Below are positions 56,840-64,000 of a stretch of DNA of 64,000 nt, in pieces (position 1 is the stretch's first letter; each line of letters starts with the position of its first letter). The notes under the pieces are model-generated. The model saw nothing but the letters and a program-made list of their open reading frames with translations. It was not told where the DNA came from and searched no databases. Origin of the DNA: Kofleriaceae bacterium (GTDB lineage: Bacteria; Myxococcota_A; Polyangia; Haliangiales; Haliangiaceae); contig JANTGM010000010.1 of the NCBI GenBank assembly GCA_024762925.1, forward strand, positions 1-64,000, written 5' to 3'. The translations under genes and the position numbers were made by a program.

Positions 56840-58339
56840 CTAGCAGACCGACAGGGTGCGGTCTTTGTGCACGAGCGGCGCTGTGACTGTGAATTTGGAA
56901 CCGCCGTCCTCCGTTGCCTCGTAGCGAATCGTTCCACCGTGTTCGTGGGCAATCTCAGAAGAAATCGCAAGGCCCAGCCCCGATGCGGTGTGGTCGTTCT
57001 TTGTCGACATGAAAGGCTCGAAGATTTCGTTGACCAGGTCTTCGGCAACACCAGTGCCATGGTCGAGGACGGAGAAGGTAACGCGGTCACGATCCACTGT
57101 AGCTCGAACCGATACCACAGCACCAAGTGGCGAGGCCTCGGCGGCGTTCTTGAGAAGATTTACGAGAACCTGCAGAAAGAGGGCCTCGTTGACATCGACC
57201 TCCGCATCGGGCATTTCCCCAATGTCGAGCGAGATAACCGAACGAAGATTGCCTCGGCACAGTGCTACCGCGCGATCGACCAAGTGTCCCACACCGCATG
57301 GACGATGAACTGCATCGCCAGATCTCACAAACGTGCGCATTGCGCGAAACAGCGCGACCATGCGCGATGAGACTTCTACGGCATTCTCGAGGGTGTCAAC
57401 CACCTCCGGATCTTCTTCTTTGCTCGCAGTATCTCTTACGAAGTCTTCTAGTTCGAAGAGTGCGCCTTGAAGACCTTGTACCATGGAAGCGAGCTCGTGC
57501 ACGAGGGCAACGGTCATGGTTCCAAGTGTGGCGCGCCTGGTGACAGCGCTGAGTTTCTCGCGTGCCTGCGGACTATCGCTTGCCGACTTGGCCAACCGGG
57601 TTGCTGCATCTTCGGAGCTCCAATGTAGTGCCCGGGTAGCAAGATAGTCGACGATATCGCGGGCGACACTTCCCATGCCTCGGGCAAGAAGCCGAATTGT
57701 TCCATCATAGCTAATCGGCAGGTCGACGTTCCAGCGACCAGGCTCGGTGGAGGCTGAGGGTAGAGTGCCCGCAAGAACACGGTCCTCTTGCTCCTCTTGC
57801 ATTTGCACAGCGCACCGCTCAACACCCTCAAGCGAGAGCGCGCGACGCACGAGCACTTTTGCTAGCGCCGTGGGGCTTTCGATTGCTGCAAACTCGCTGT
57901 CCACACCAGCGAGTGCCAGAGCGTCTGTCACCGAGCCGCTAAGCGAGCGTTCCCGGTTCCTGTGCTCAAAGGCGCGCTTGAGCGTAACCTCCACTTCGTC
58001 GTGCCAGGGCTTTCCCACCTTGTAGGGCGCGTTCTCTTGCATGGTGGCTTTGTGCGCATCGTCATCGACGAAGCCAGTAAGAAGAATTCGTACGAGCTCT
58101 GAGTCGCGCCTCGATGCTTCCTCCAGCACTTGCACACCGCTCATGCCAGGCATTCGCTGATCGGAGATGATGGCGTCATAGCGCTCGGAATCCAAATGCC
58201 CTAGCGCTTCGACGCCCGTTGCCACCGCTGTGACATCGTAGTCGAGTTCAAGTTCATCGAGAAGTGCATCGCGAACGTCGTCGTCGTCGTCGACAATAAG
58301 GATGCGGTAGCGAGAGTCGGTTACTACTTGTTCACTCAT
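56840..58339 (-). CDS. Hybrid response-regulator/histidine kinase (REC-HisKA-HATPase)
   Basis: The RBS AGGAACCAAAAG precedes the ATG at 58339. The receiver is ILIVDDDDDVRDAL...ISDQRMPGMSG. The H-box is VALVHELASMVQGL. The ATPase motifs are LLKNAAEAS, DHGTGV and GLGLAI. Confidence 0.8.
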   Translation of the reverse strand: MSEQVVTDSRYRILIVDDDDDVRDALLDELELDYDVTAVATGVEALGHLDSERYDAIISDQRMPGMSGVQVLEEASRRDSELVRILLTGFVDDDAHKATMQENAPYKVGKPWHDEVEVTLKRAFEHRNRERSLSGSVTDALALAGVDSEFAAIESPTALAKVLVRRALSLEGVERCAVQMQEEQEDRVLAGTLPSASTEPGRWNVDLPISYDGTIRLLARGMGSVARDIVDYLATRALHWSSEDAATRLAKSASDSPQAREKLSAVTRRATLGTMTVALVHELASMVQGLQGALFELEDFVRDTASKEEDPEVVDTLENAVEVSSRMVALFRAMRTFVRSGDAVHRPCGVGHLVDRAVALCRGNLRSVISLDIGEMPDAEVDVNEALFLQVLVNLLKNAAEASPLGAVVSVRATVDRDRVTFSVLDHGTGVAEDLVNEIFEPFMSTKNDHTASGLGLAISSEIAHEHGGTIRYEATEDGGSKFTVTAPLVHKDRTLSVC

Positions 58340-59792
58340 CTTTTGGTTCCTCGGTGGTTGTGCCCAGTTGTGCCGGCAGTTGGGCCTGCTCATCGTGAGC
58401 TGGCATGAGAATTCGAAATCGTGTGCCTGGATTCAGGTCGCTGTGCACAATGTCGCCTCGCCATTGCCTGGCTAGGCGAAAGGACATGCTGAGCCCGAGT
58501 CCCGTGCCGTCTTCTCGACCCGATACAAAGGGTTCGAAGAGGTTTTCGCGAACGCGCTGTGGCAGTCCCGGCCCATCGTCCTCAACATCGAGCACCACCC
58601 ATTTGTCATCGCGATGCAGTCGCAACCTCAATGTGCCGTTTCCGTCGAGCGCGCGAAGGGCATTGTCGATGAGGTTTGAAATCACGTGATGCAGTGCATC
58701 GGGCGGAATCCACGCCAGCGGACTCTCTTGCAGATCGCAGACGAGCGTGGTCTCGTCCATCCGCTGCTCGAACAGCGTTAGAGCTGTGCGAAGTTCGTCG
58801 GCGATGTTCACGGCCTGTGCTGAGCTTGGGAGACTGCCGCTCTTATGAGCGCGTCGCACCGCATCGACAATCGTCTCCATGCGCCCAAGAGCTCCGGTGG
58901 ATCGCTCTAGAAATCGCGCTAGCTCCTCTTGCAGTGCCTCATCCGCGTTGCGTTCAACGCGTCGTGAGATTTGCCGGAGGGCGCTAGAGAGCGCTGCCAT
59001 GGGGTTGTTCATGCTGTGTGCGATGCCCGCACTAAACTCACCGATGGCAGCCCGCTGTGCGGCTTGCGCAAACTGTGAGCCCAACGCCGCAAGTTCGCGG
59101 TTGCGATCCTCAAGGGAACTCTGGGCTTCTGTAAGCTGCTCCACTGTACGCCCGAGCTCGGCATGGGCTGCGTAGAGGGCGGTGTGCTTGGCAATGAGGT
59201 CACGCTCCAGGTTGCGGCGCTCGGTCGTGTCTCGGGCGATGCAGGCCACGAGAGGTTCCTTGCCATTGTAGATGTGGGCAACTGTGAGAGAGACGAATAC
59301 GGGAAAGCCATCAAGTCGTCGCAGACGCACATCTTCATGAAGCCCAGCACGCGCTGTGATCCGGTCGTCCCATTGCCCAGATCGTTCATCCTCATCAAAG
59401 AGCAGCCCTGCAGGACTTCCAACGATGCTATGAATTGAGCGCCCCACCAGCTCTTCTAGGTGGCGATTGGCCGAGAGAATGACCCGGGTTTCTTGGTGCA
59501 TCGTGAACACAGCTTCAGCGCCATACTCAAAGAAGATGCCGAAGACCTGGTCTTCTACGGTCATGGACTCCATCACTAGCTGGGTCGTCCATCTTCCTTG
59601 AACCTGAAGGCCCACTCGATCCCTTGTGGGTGTCTGAAGACCCTGGGTGCATGGGTCAGTGACCCGGGTCTCGCTAGACCCATGCTTGCCATCAAATTCC
59701 CTCCCATCCCAAAACTCGATCCTCGGGGATCGAAATGAATCGATCTCAGATACGTTTTTGATCTCAAGCTCTTCCGCGATTGGCCGAAGCAT
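58332..59792 (-). CDS. PAS-domain sensor histidine kinase
   Basis: PAS-like N-terminus. H-box GIAHSMNNPMAALSSAL. The ATPase motifs are ISNLIDNALRA, DDGPGL and GTGLGLSMS. The stop overlaps the downstream hybrid kinase by 8 nt. The start may be internal (about 59573). Confidence 0.8.
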   Translation of the reverse strand: MLRPIAEELEIKNVSEIDSFRSPRIEFWDGREFDGKHGSSETRVTDPCTQGLQTPTRDRVGLQVQGRWTTQLVMESMTVEDQVFGIFFEYGAEAVFTMHQETRVILSANRHLEELVGRSIHSIVGSPAGLLFDEDERSGQWDDRITARAGLHEDVRLRRLDGFPVFVSLTVAHIYNGKEPLVACIARDTTERRNLERDLIAKHTALYAAHAELGRTVEQLTEAQSSLEDRNRELAALGSQFAQAAQRAAIGEFSAGIAHSMNNPMAALSSALRQISRRVERNADEALQEELARFLERSTGALGRMETIVDAVRRAHKSGSLPSSAQAVNIADELRTALTLFEQRMDETTLVCDLQESPLAWIPPDALHHVISNLIDNALRALDGNGTLRLRLHRDDKWVVLDVEDDGPGLPQRVRENLFEPFVSGREDGTGLGLSMSFRLARQWRGDIVHSDLNPGTRFRILMPAHDEQAQLPAQLGTTTEEPKDE

Positions 59793-59873
59793 TTACCTCA
59801 AGGAACATCAGAGCTGGGTGGTGCATCCGATCTCTGGCAATAGCTGGATCACTTTTCGCACAGGGCTACACTC

Positions 59874-61250
59874 GTGCTCGAAAATTCCACTCAGGCTCCA
59901 CTTTCTGTTCTTCTCGTCGATGACGAGGCTCCGCTTCGAAGGGCGCTTGAGAGATTCCTCAAACGGGAGGGGCACAAGGTCCGCTCAGCTGGGTCGGTGA
60001 AAGAAGGGCGGAACGTGCTTGAGAAGCACTCTGTTGATATCGCCTTTGTCGACTTTCGGCTCCCAGATGGAACGGGCGCCGAGCTCATTAAGTGGGCTGT
60101 CGACAAGCATCGTGTGGGGGCTGCCTACTGCATGACCGGATTTGCAAATTGTGGAACCGTTGTCGAAGTCATGCAAGCTGGGTCGATTGACGTGCTTGAA
60201 AAGCCGTTCGAGGTACAACACCTCGCGGATCTCTTGGCCAAGCTACGGGTCAATCAAGGTGTGGACGCCGAGGAACTCACCCGTTGGCGCCAGCGCTGTG
60301 CCTCAGACATTCTCGGAGAAGACCCTGCGTTGCTTGATGCGCTCAAGGTACTTCGAAGTGTTTCCGATACCGATTGCACCGTGCTCATCACTGGTGAGAG
60401 CGGTACTGGCAAAGAGCTTGCGGCTCGTGCAGTGCACCAAGGATCGCAACGCGCTCCCAAGCCATTCATCGCCCTCAACTGCGCCGCTATTCCCGAGTCG
60501 ATGATCGAGGCAGAACTTTTCGGTCACGCAAAGGGGGCATTCACCGGAGCCTCTACAACACGGAGTGGTCGAATCGCCGCCGCTGACGGTGGAACGCTGT
60601 TTCTCGACGAGATTGGCGATATGCCGCTCGCTGCTCAGGCGAAACTTCTTCGTGTTCTACAAGACCGCACGATCACACCAGTTGGTGCGGATCTGCCGAT
60701 TGCAGTGGACGTTCGCATTGTCGCTGCTACCAATCGCGATTTAGAGGCAATGGTGGCCGAGGGAACGTTTCGCGCGGACCTGTACTTTCGTCTCACGGTA
60801 ATACCTGTGCATCTGCCTCCTCTGCGCGAGCGTGGTGATGACATCGTGGCGCTAGCGAAGACCTTCATTGACGGTGCCAATACCCGCAATCGCAGACAGG
60901 TGACTGGAATCGATGGCTCGGCGGAGAAAGTTCTTCGATCGCATTCGTGGCAGGGAAACGTGCGCGAGCTCTACCACCTCATCGAGCGGTCGGTGCTTCT
61001 CAAAGGGCAGGGTAGCTTGCGAGCACAAGACCTCGGTTTACGCCCTACAGCTCGGGGACGTCGCTCGACAGCTGGGCAGTCGCTCAATCTAGAGACAAGC
61101 CTTGACTTGCGAAAAGCGATCGACTCGGTGGAGCGACAGCTCATCGACGAAGCGCTTGAGCGAACCGGTGGCAACCGCACCGAAGCGGCCGCTCTACTTG
61201 GACTCAACCGCACAACGCTGGTTGAAAAGATCCGCAAGCACGGAAACTAG
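59874..61250 (+). CDS. Sigma-54-dependent response regulator (NtrC/FleR/FlrC family: REC-AAA+-Fis HTH)
   Basis: The receiver is [14 protein letters not shown]...[11 protein letters not shown]. The Walker A is GESGTGKE, with GAFTGA (GAFTGAS) and ESELFGH-like EAELFGH. The C-terminal HTH is [20 protein letters not shown]. Confidence 0.85.
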   Translation: MLENSTQAPLSVLLVDDEAPLRRALERFLKREGHKVRSAGSVKEGRNVLEKHSVDIAFVDFRLPDGTGAELIKWAVDKHRVGAAYCMTGFANCGTVVEVMQAGSIDVLEKPFEVQHLADLLAKLRVNQGVDAEELTRWRQRCASDILGEDPALLDALKVLRSVSDTDCTVLITGESGTGKELAARAVHQGSQRAPKPFIALNCAAIPESMIEAELFGHAKGAFTGASTTRSGRIAAADGGTLFLDEIGDMPLAAQAKLLRVLQDRTITPVGADLPIAVDVRIVAATNRDLEAMVAEGTFRADLYFRLTVIPVHLPPLRERGDDIVALAKTFIDGANTRNRRQVTGIDGSAEKVLRSHSWQGNVRELYHLIERSVLLKGQGSLRAQDLGLRPTARGRRSTAGQSLNLETSLDLRKAIDSVERQLIDEALERTGGNRTEAAALLGLNRTTLVEKIRKHGN

Positions 61251-61254
61251 TGTG

Positions 61255-61450
61255 GGATCCAGAGGCATAGAACGCCCTGGCTCGGTTCTTCGCCCTTTGA
61301 ACGCCTTCGGCTCTTGTGTCGGATTCAAGAATCTTGCTCGCGTTCGCCCGGTTCTTCGCGCTCTGGACGCCTTCGGCTCTGCGTTGCTCAGCGCCTCCCT
61401 TGCCCCAGCAAGCTCGTTGTTCGCGCCTTGCCAGTGAACGAACTCCCGTC
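61255..61450. repeat. Interspersed intergenic repeat element (two tandem family-3 units)
   Basis: ggctcggttcttcgccctttgaacgccttcggctc appears twice (61283, 61343), followed by ttgctcagcgcctcccttgccccagcaagctcgttgttcgcgcc. The hairpin is cttgc-ccca-gcaag. Confidence 0.8.
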
Positions 61451-61729
61451 GCGATCGTCGATCCACCATTCTGGACCCGACACTAGAGCCACTCAATCTT
61501 CGCCATGCGCGTGAAGGTGCTTCCAATGCACGGGCGCGCATTTTTCTGTTTCGGATTGGTGGGAGTTCGCAGGCGCCAATCGATTGTGTGGATCGTCAAA
61601 TTCCGCCGTCAATCCCACCGACAGTTGCCCTGTCATAGGTCCTAAGAAAATGTCTAACTGTCCAATTCTACAGGTGGATCTCGGTCGCCACGCAGTGTGG
61701 ATCGACTATTGCTTTGGAGTAGCTGCGCG

Positions 61730-62122
61730 ATGAGAGTGTACGAAGCCGTAGATCAGATGCAGCGAGCATTGACCTTCCATCGCAATCGCCATTCGACGAT
61801 TGCGGGAAACGTCGCGAACCTCGATACACCGGGCTACAAGCCCCTCGATCTAGAGCGTCTACCAGCCAATGCTGCGCTCAATGCGGGCCGCATGGCAAAG
61901 ACCGATGACCGGCACATCTCGGGGGGAGATGGCGCTGGTGGTGCCCATGCAAGGACCATCGTGGATGCAAACGCGATGCAGAGTGCTGATGGCAATGCGG
62001 TCAATATCGAGCGCGAGATGGCCAAGATCGATGCAAACCGCGTGCGGTATTCCACTACGTCGGATTTGGTTTCAAGGCGTCTGGCGATGCTTCGGTACGC
62101 CGCCTCTGATGGAGCGGCATAG
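61730..62122 (+). CDS. flgB: Flagellar basal-body rod protein FlgB
   Basis: MRVYEAV...LTFHRNRHSTIAGNVANLDTPGYKPLD and the C-terminal NAVNIEREMAKIDANRVRYS match the FlgB signature. Confidence 0.8.
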   Translation: MRVYEAVDQMQRALTFHRNRHSTIAGNVANLDTPGYKPLDLERLPANAALNAGRMAKTDDRHISGGDGAGGAHARTIVDANAMQSADGNAVNIEREMAKIDANRVRYSTTSDLVSRRLAMLRYAASDGAA

Positions 62123-62164
62123 GGGCCCTGGGGGGGCTTGGGTTTCTAGCAACAGGAGAATCAG

Positions 62165-62599
62165 ATGGACTTTTTTACCGCGATGGAGGTTTCTGCCTCG
62201 GGACTTGCAACTCAGCGCACACGCATGAACGTTGCCTCGTCAAACTTGGCCAACGTCAACACGACGTCGCCAGATGGCGAGGGCTACAGGCGTCTCGATG
62301 TTGTTGTTCGCTCACAGCGCCTCAGTGGAAGTATTGCTGGGCACAAGGCCGGCAGTTTCAACAACACAGTGCGTAGCGCTGGTGTTGCGGAAATTGTTGA
62401 GGACCAAGAGCCGCTGCAGATGGACTACGACCCAGGGCACCCAGACGCCAACGAAGAAGGTTACGTGGCGTATCCGAACGTCAATGCTATCGAGGAGATG
62501 GTGGACATGATTACCGCTTCGAGGGCCTATGAAGCCGGCATCACAGCTCTTGGTACCGCTGTCAATATGGCAGAGCGCGCCTTGGGAATTGGTAGGTAA
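62165..62599 (+). CDS. flgC: Flagellar basal-body rod protein FlgC
   Basis: MDFFTAMEVSASGLATQRTRMNVASSNLANVNTT and the C-terminal VAYPNVNAIEEMVDMITASRAYEAGITAL match FlgC. Confidence 0.85.
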   Translation: MDFFTAMEVSASGLATQRTRMNVASSNLANVNTTSPDGEGYRRLDVVVRSQRLSGSIAGHKAGSFNNTVRSAGVAEIVEDQEPLQMDYDPGHPDANEEGYVAYPNVNAIEEMVDMITASRAYEAGITALGTAVNMAERALGIGR

Positions 62600-62602
62600 G
62601 CC

Positions 62603-62947
62603 GTGGCGAATTCAATCGCAAATCTGGCGAGTATGCAGCGCAGTGAGTTTCCCATTGCTCGCAACGAAGCCGCACGGCGCACAGCAAAGAGTGGCCGCAC
62701 TGATGGCGCTGAGAGTTCTTCTGGACTGGACTTTGCGGACGCAATCACTGGCGCCATGCAGCGAGCTGCCAACGATGAAAAGCAGGCAACCGAGATGTCA
62801 CTTCAATTTGCCGAAGGCGATCCGAACGTCGGAATTCACGAAGTCGTTATCGCCTCCGAACGGGCCAACGTTTCTCTGCGCTACGCCGTAACTCTCAAGA
62901 ACAAGATTGTTGAGGCGTACAGAGACATCATGAGTACCCAGGTCTAA
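62603..62947 (+). CDS. fliE: Flagellar hook-basal body complex protein FliE
   Basis: About 114 aa. The C-terminus HEVVIASERANVSLRYAVTLKNKIVEAYRDIM matches the FliE conserved helix. Confidence 0.75.
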   Translation: MANSIANLASMQRSEFPIARNEAARRTAKSGRTDGAESSSGLDFADAITGAMQRAANDEKQATEMSLQFAEGDPNVGIHEVVIASERANVSLRYAVTLKNKIVEAYRDIMSTQV

Positions 62948-62963
62948 GACAGCCTGAAACTTC

Positions 62964-64000
62964 ATGGCCGAAACAGAAACACCTACGCCGAGCGACGCAC
63001 CAGCGTCAGTCTTCGGCCAGCTACGAGGGCTTTGGGATACGTTATCTCCACGCCGTCGAGCTGTTGTAGTCGCGGCCGTTGTTGGTACCGCGGTTCTCGT
63101 CGGGGCAATGTCCCTCGGCGGATCTGTAGAGTCCTATGCACCGCTCTACAATGGTGTGGCCGCCGAAGACGCGGGTGAGATTGTCTCAACGCTCAAGGAG
63201 CGCGGCATCTCCTATCGCCTATCCAACGGTGGGACCACGATCTCGGTCCCCAAAGCGAAGCTTCACGAAGTCCGCATCGAGTTGGCGTCTAGTGGGCTAA
63301 ATCAGGGCGGTGGCGTCGGCTACGAAATCTTCGACAAACAAACGTTTGGAACCACGAGTTTCGTCGAGCAAATGAATCATAAGCGTGCTCTGCAGGGAGA
63401 ACTCACGCGCAGCATCTTGGCGATTTCCTCGGTCAAGAGTGCTCGTGTGCTTCTTGCCATGGGCAAACGCTCTGTCTTTCGCGATGCCACCCAGCCAACA
63501 ACAGCTTCTGTTGTTCTTCACCTCAAGCCTGGTCGCAAACTCCGCGCTTCCGAAGTGCGAGGCATCGTTAACCTCGTTGCCAACAGTGTGAACGGCTTGG
63601 AGCCAGAGAAGGTTGCCATTATTGATGAGCGCGGTCGGGTTCTCTCGTCACCGGGCGGAGAGGATTCCAATAGCTCTGCCGCCGATACGCAGAGCAAGCT
63701 CGAAGCTGGGCTTGAAGAGCGTGTACGCCGAATGGTTGAGACTGTTGTTGGGATAGGAAACGCTGCGGTTGTCGTGACGGCTGAGATGGACTTTAGCCGG
63801 GTCGACCAAACAGAGGAGATGTTCGACAAAGACAAGATCGCGGTTCGCTCGGAAACAACGAACGTCTCTCGCGATTCCGGTGCTGGTGGTACTGTTGGTG
63901 GAATCGCTGGAGCTCGTGCAAACCTCGATGGAAACGGAGCGACTGGCGGTGAAGTGGGGGGCGAAGCCGGCCAAACGACGTCGTCTGAGATACGAAACTA
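62964..64000 (+). CDS. fliF: Flagellar M-ring protein FliF (N-terminal about 345 aa; runs off the window end)
   Basis: Translated by hand from the ATG at 62964: MAETETPTPSDAPASVFGQLRGLWDTLSPRRRAVVVAAVVGTAVLVGAMSL (TM1), then APLYNGVAAEDAGEIVSTLKERGISYRL and VVTAEMDFSRVDQTEEMFDKD (YscJ/FliF ring-building motifs). The ORF is absent from the track because no stop lies within the window. Confidence 0.8.
   Translation, partial: MAETETPTPSDAPASVFGQLRGLWDTLSPRRRAVVVAAVVGTAVLVGAMSLGGSVESYAPLYNGVAAEDAGEIVSTLKERGISYRLSNGGTTISVPKAKLHEVRIELASSGLNQGGGVGYEIFDKQTFGTTSFVEQMNHKRALQGELTRSILAISSVKSARVLLAMGKRSVFRDATQPTTASVVLHLKPGRKLRASEVRGIVNLVANSVNGLEPEKVAIIDERGRVLSSPGGEDSNSSAADTQSKLEAGLEERVRRMVETVVGIGNAAVVVTAEMDFSRVDQTEEMFDKDKIAVRSETTNVSRDSGAGGTVGGIAGARANLDGNGATGGEVGGEAGQTTSSEIRN

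Noticed and set aside
61450-61729. Possible sigma-54 promoter upstream of flgB (tgcacgggcgcgca near 61515)
   Set aside because: The match to the TGGCAC-N5-TTGCW consensus is poor (GG and TT elements both degenerate). I mention it only as something to test computationally, not as a feature.
1-64000. CRISPR arrays, rRNA or tRNA genes, transposases/integrases
   Set aside because: I found no regularly spaced direct repeats with unique spacers, no rRNA-like conserved stretches and no cloverleaf-like tRNA candidates in intergenic regions by eye. I also found no DDE/tyrosine-recombinase motifs. The repeat family is non-coding.

Overview
This 64-kb window is high-GC (about 65-68%), gene-dense chromosomal DNA. 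It is rich in predicted lipoproteins with lipobox signal peptides, Cys-rich secreted proteins, a Hanks-type Ser/Thr kinase fused to TPR repeats, an ECF-like sigma factor, a TIGR02996 repeat-companion/LRR protein and a MYXO-CTERM sorting-signal remnant. That combination is the signature of Myxococcota (myxobacteria-like Deltaproteobacteria). About 55 protein-coding genes are supported; no rRNA, tRNA or CRISPR array was recognisable by eye. Housekeeping and accessory genes include ybaK, a UshA-like 5'-nucleotidase, a MATE exporter, an aminotransferase, an RluA pseudouridine synthase, PolX, two LysR regulators, an NmrA-like reductase, an SSS symporter, GH15 and a second glycosidase-like protein, and three histidine-kinase/response-regulator genes. 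Five things stand out. (1) A clear bacterial homologue of the eukaryotic major vault protein (MVP) at 29026-31041 sits next to a 0.8-kb-long Cys-rich DUF2341/LamG secreted protein and is preceded by an 18-bp direct repeat. (2) A two-gene RNA-repair cassette (ATP-dependent RNA ligase plus an HD-phosphoesterase/P-loop polynucleotide-kinase fusion) lies at 34220-36147. (3) A complete divergent AmmeMemoRadiSam trio (radical SAM, Memo, AMMECR1) is present at 23231-25770. (4) A family of short intergenic MITE/REP-like elements with terminal inverted repeats and hairpins recurs at seven or more loci. (5) A flagellar basal-body operon (flgB-flgC-fliE-fliF) with a sigma-54 activator and two histidine kinases at the 3' end of the window is unexpected in a myxobacterial-type genome. 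There are also two pairs of diverged paralogous secreted proteins (glycine-rich lipoproteins at 407 and 43361; unknown secreted proteins at 18203 and 54673) and several low-complexity repeat proteins (Ala-rich, (AEENx)n, poly-Gly). Start codons are often GTG/TTG and several were adjusted from the ORF track by signal-peptide or RBS logic. Every functional call comes from motif recognition by eye, not from a database search.
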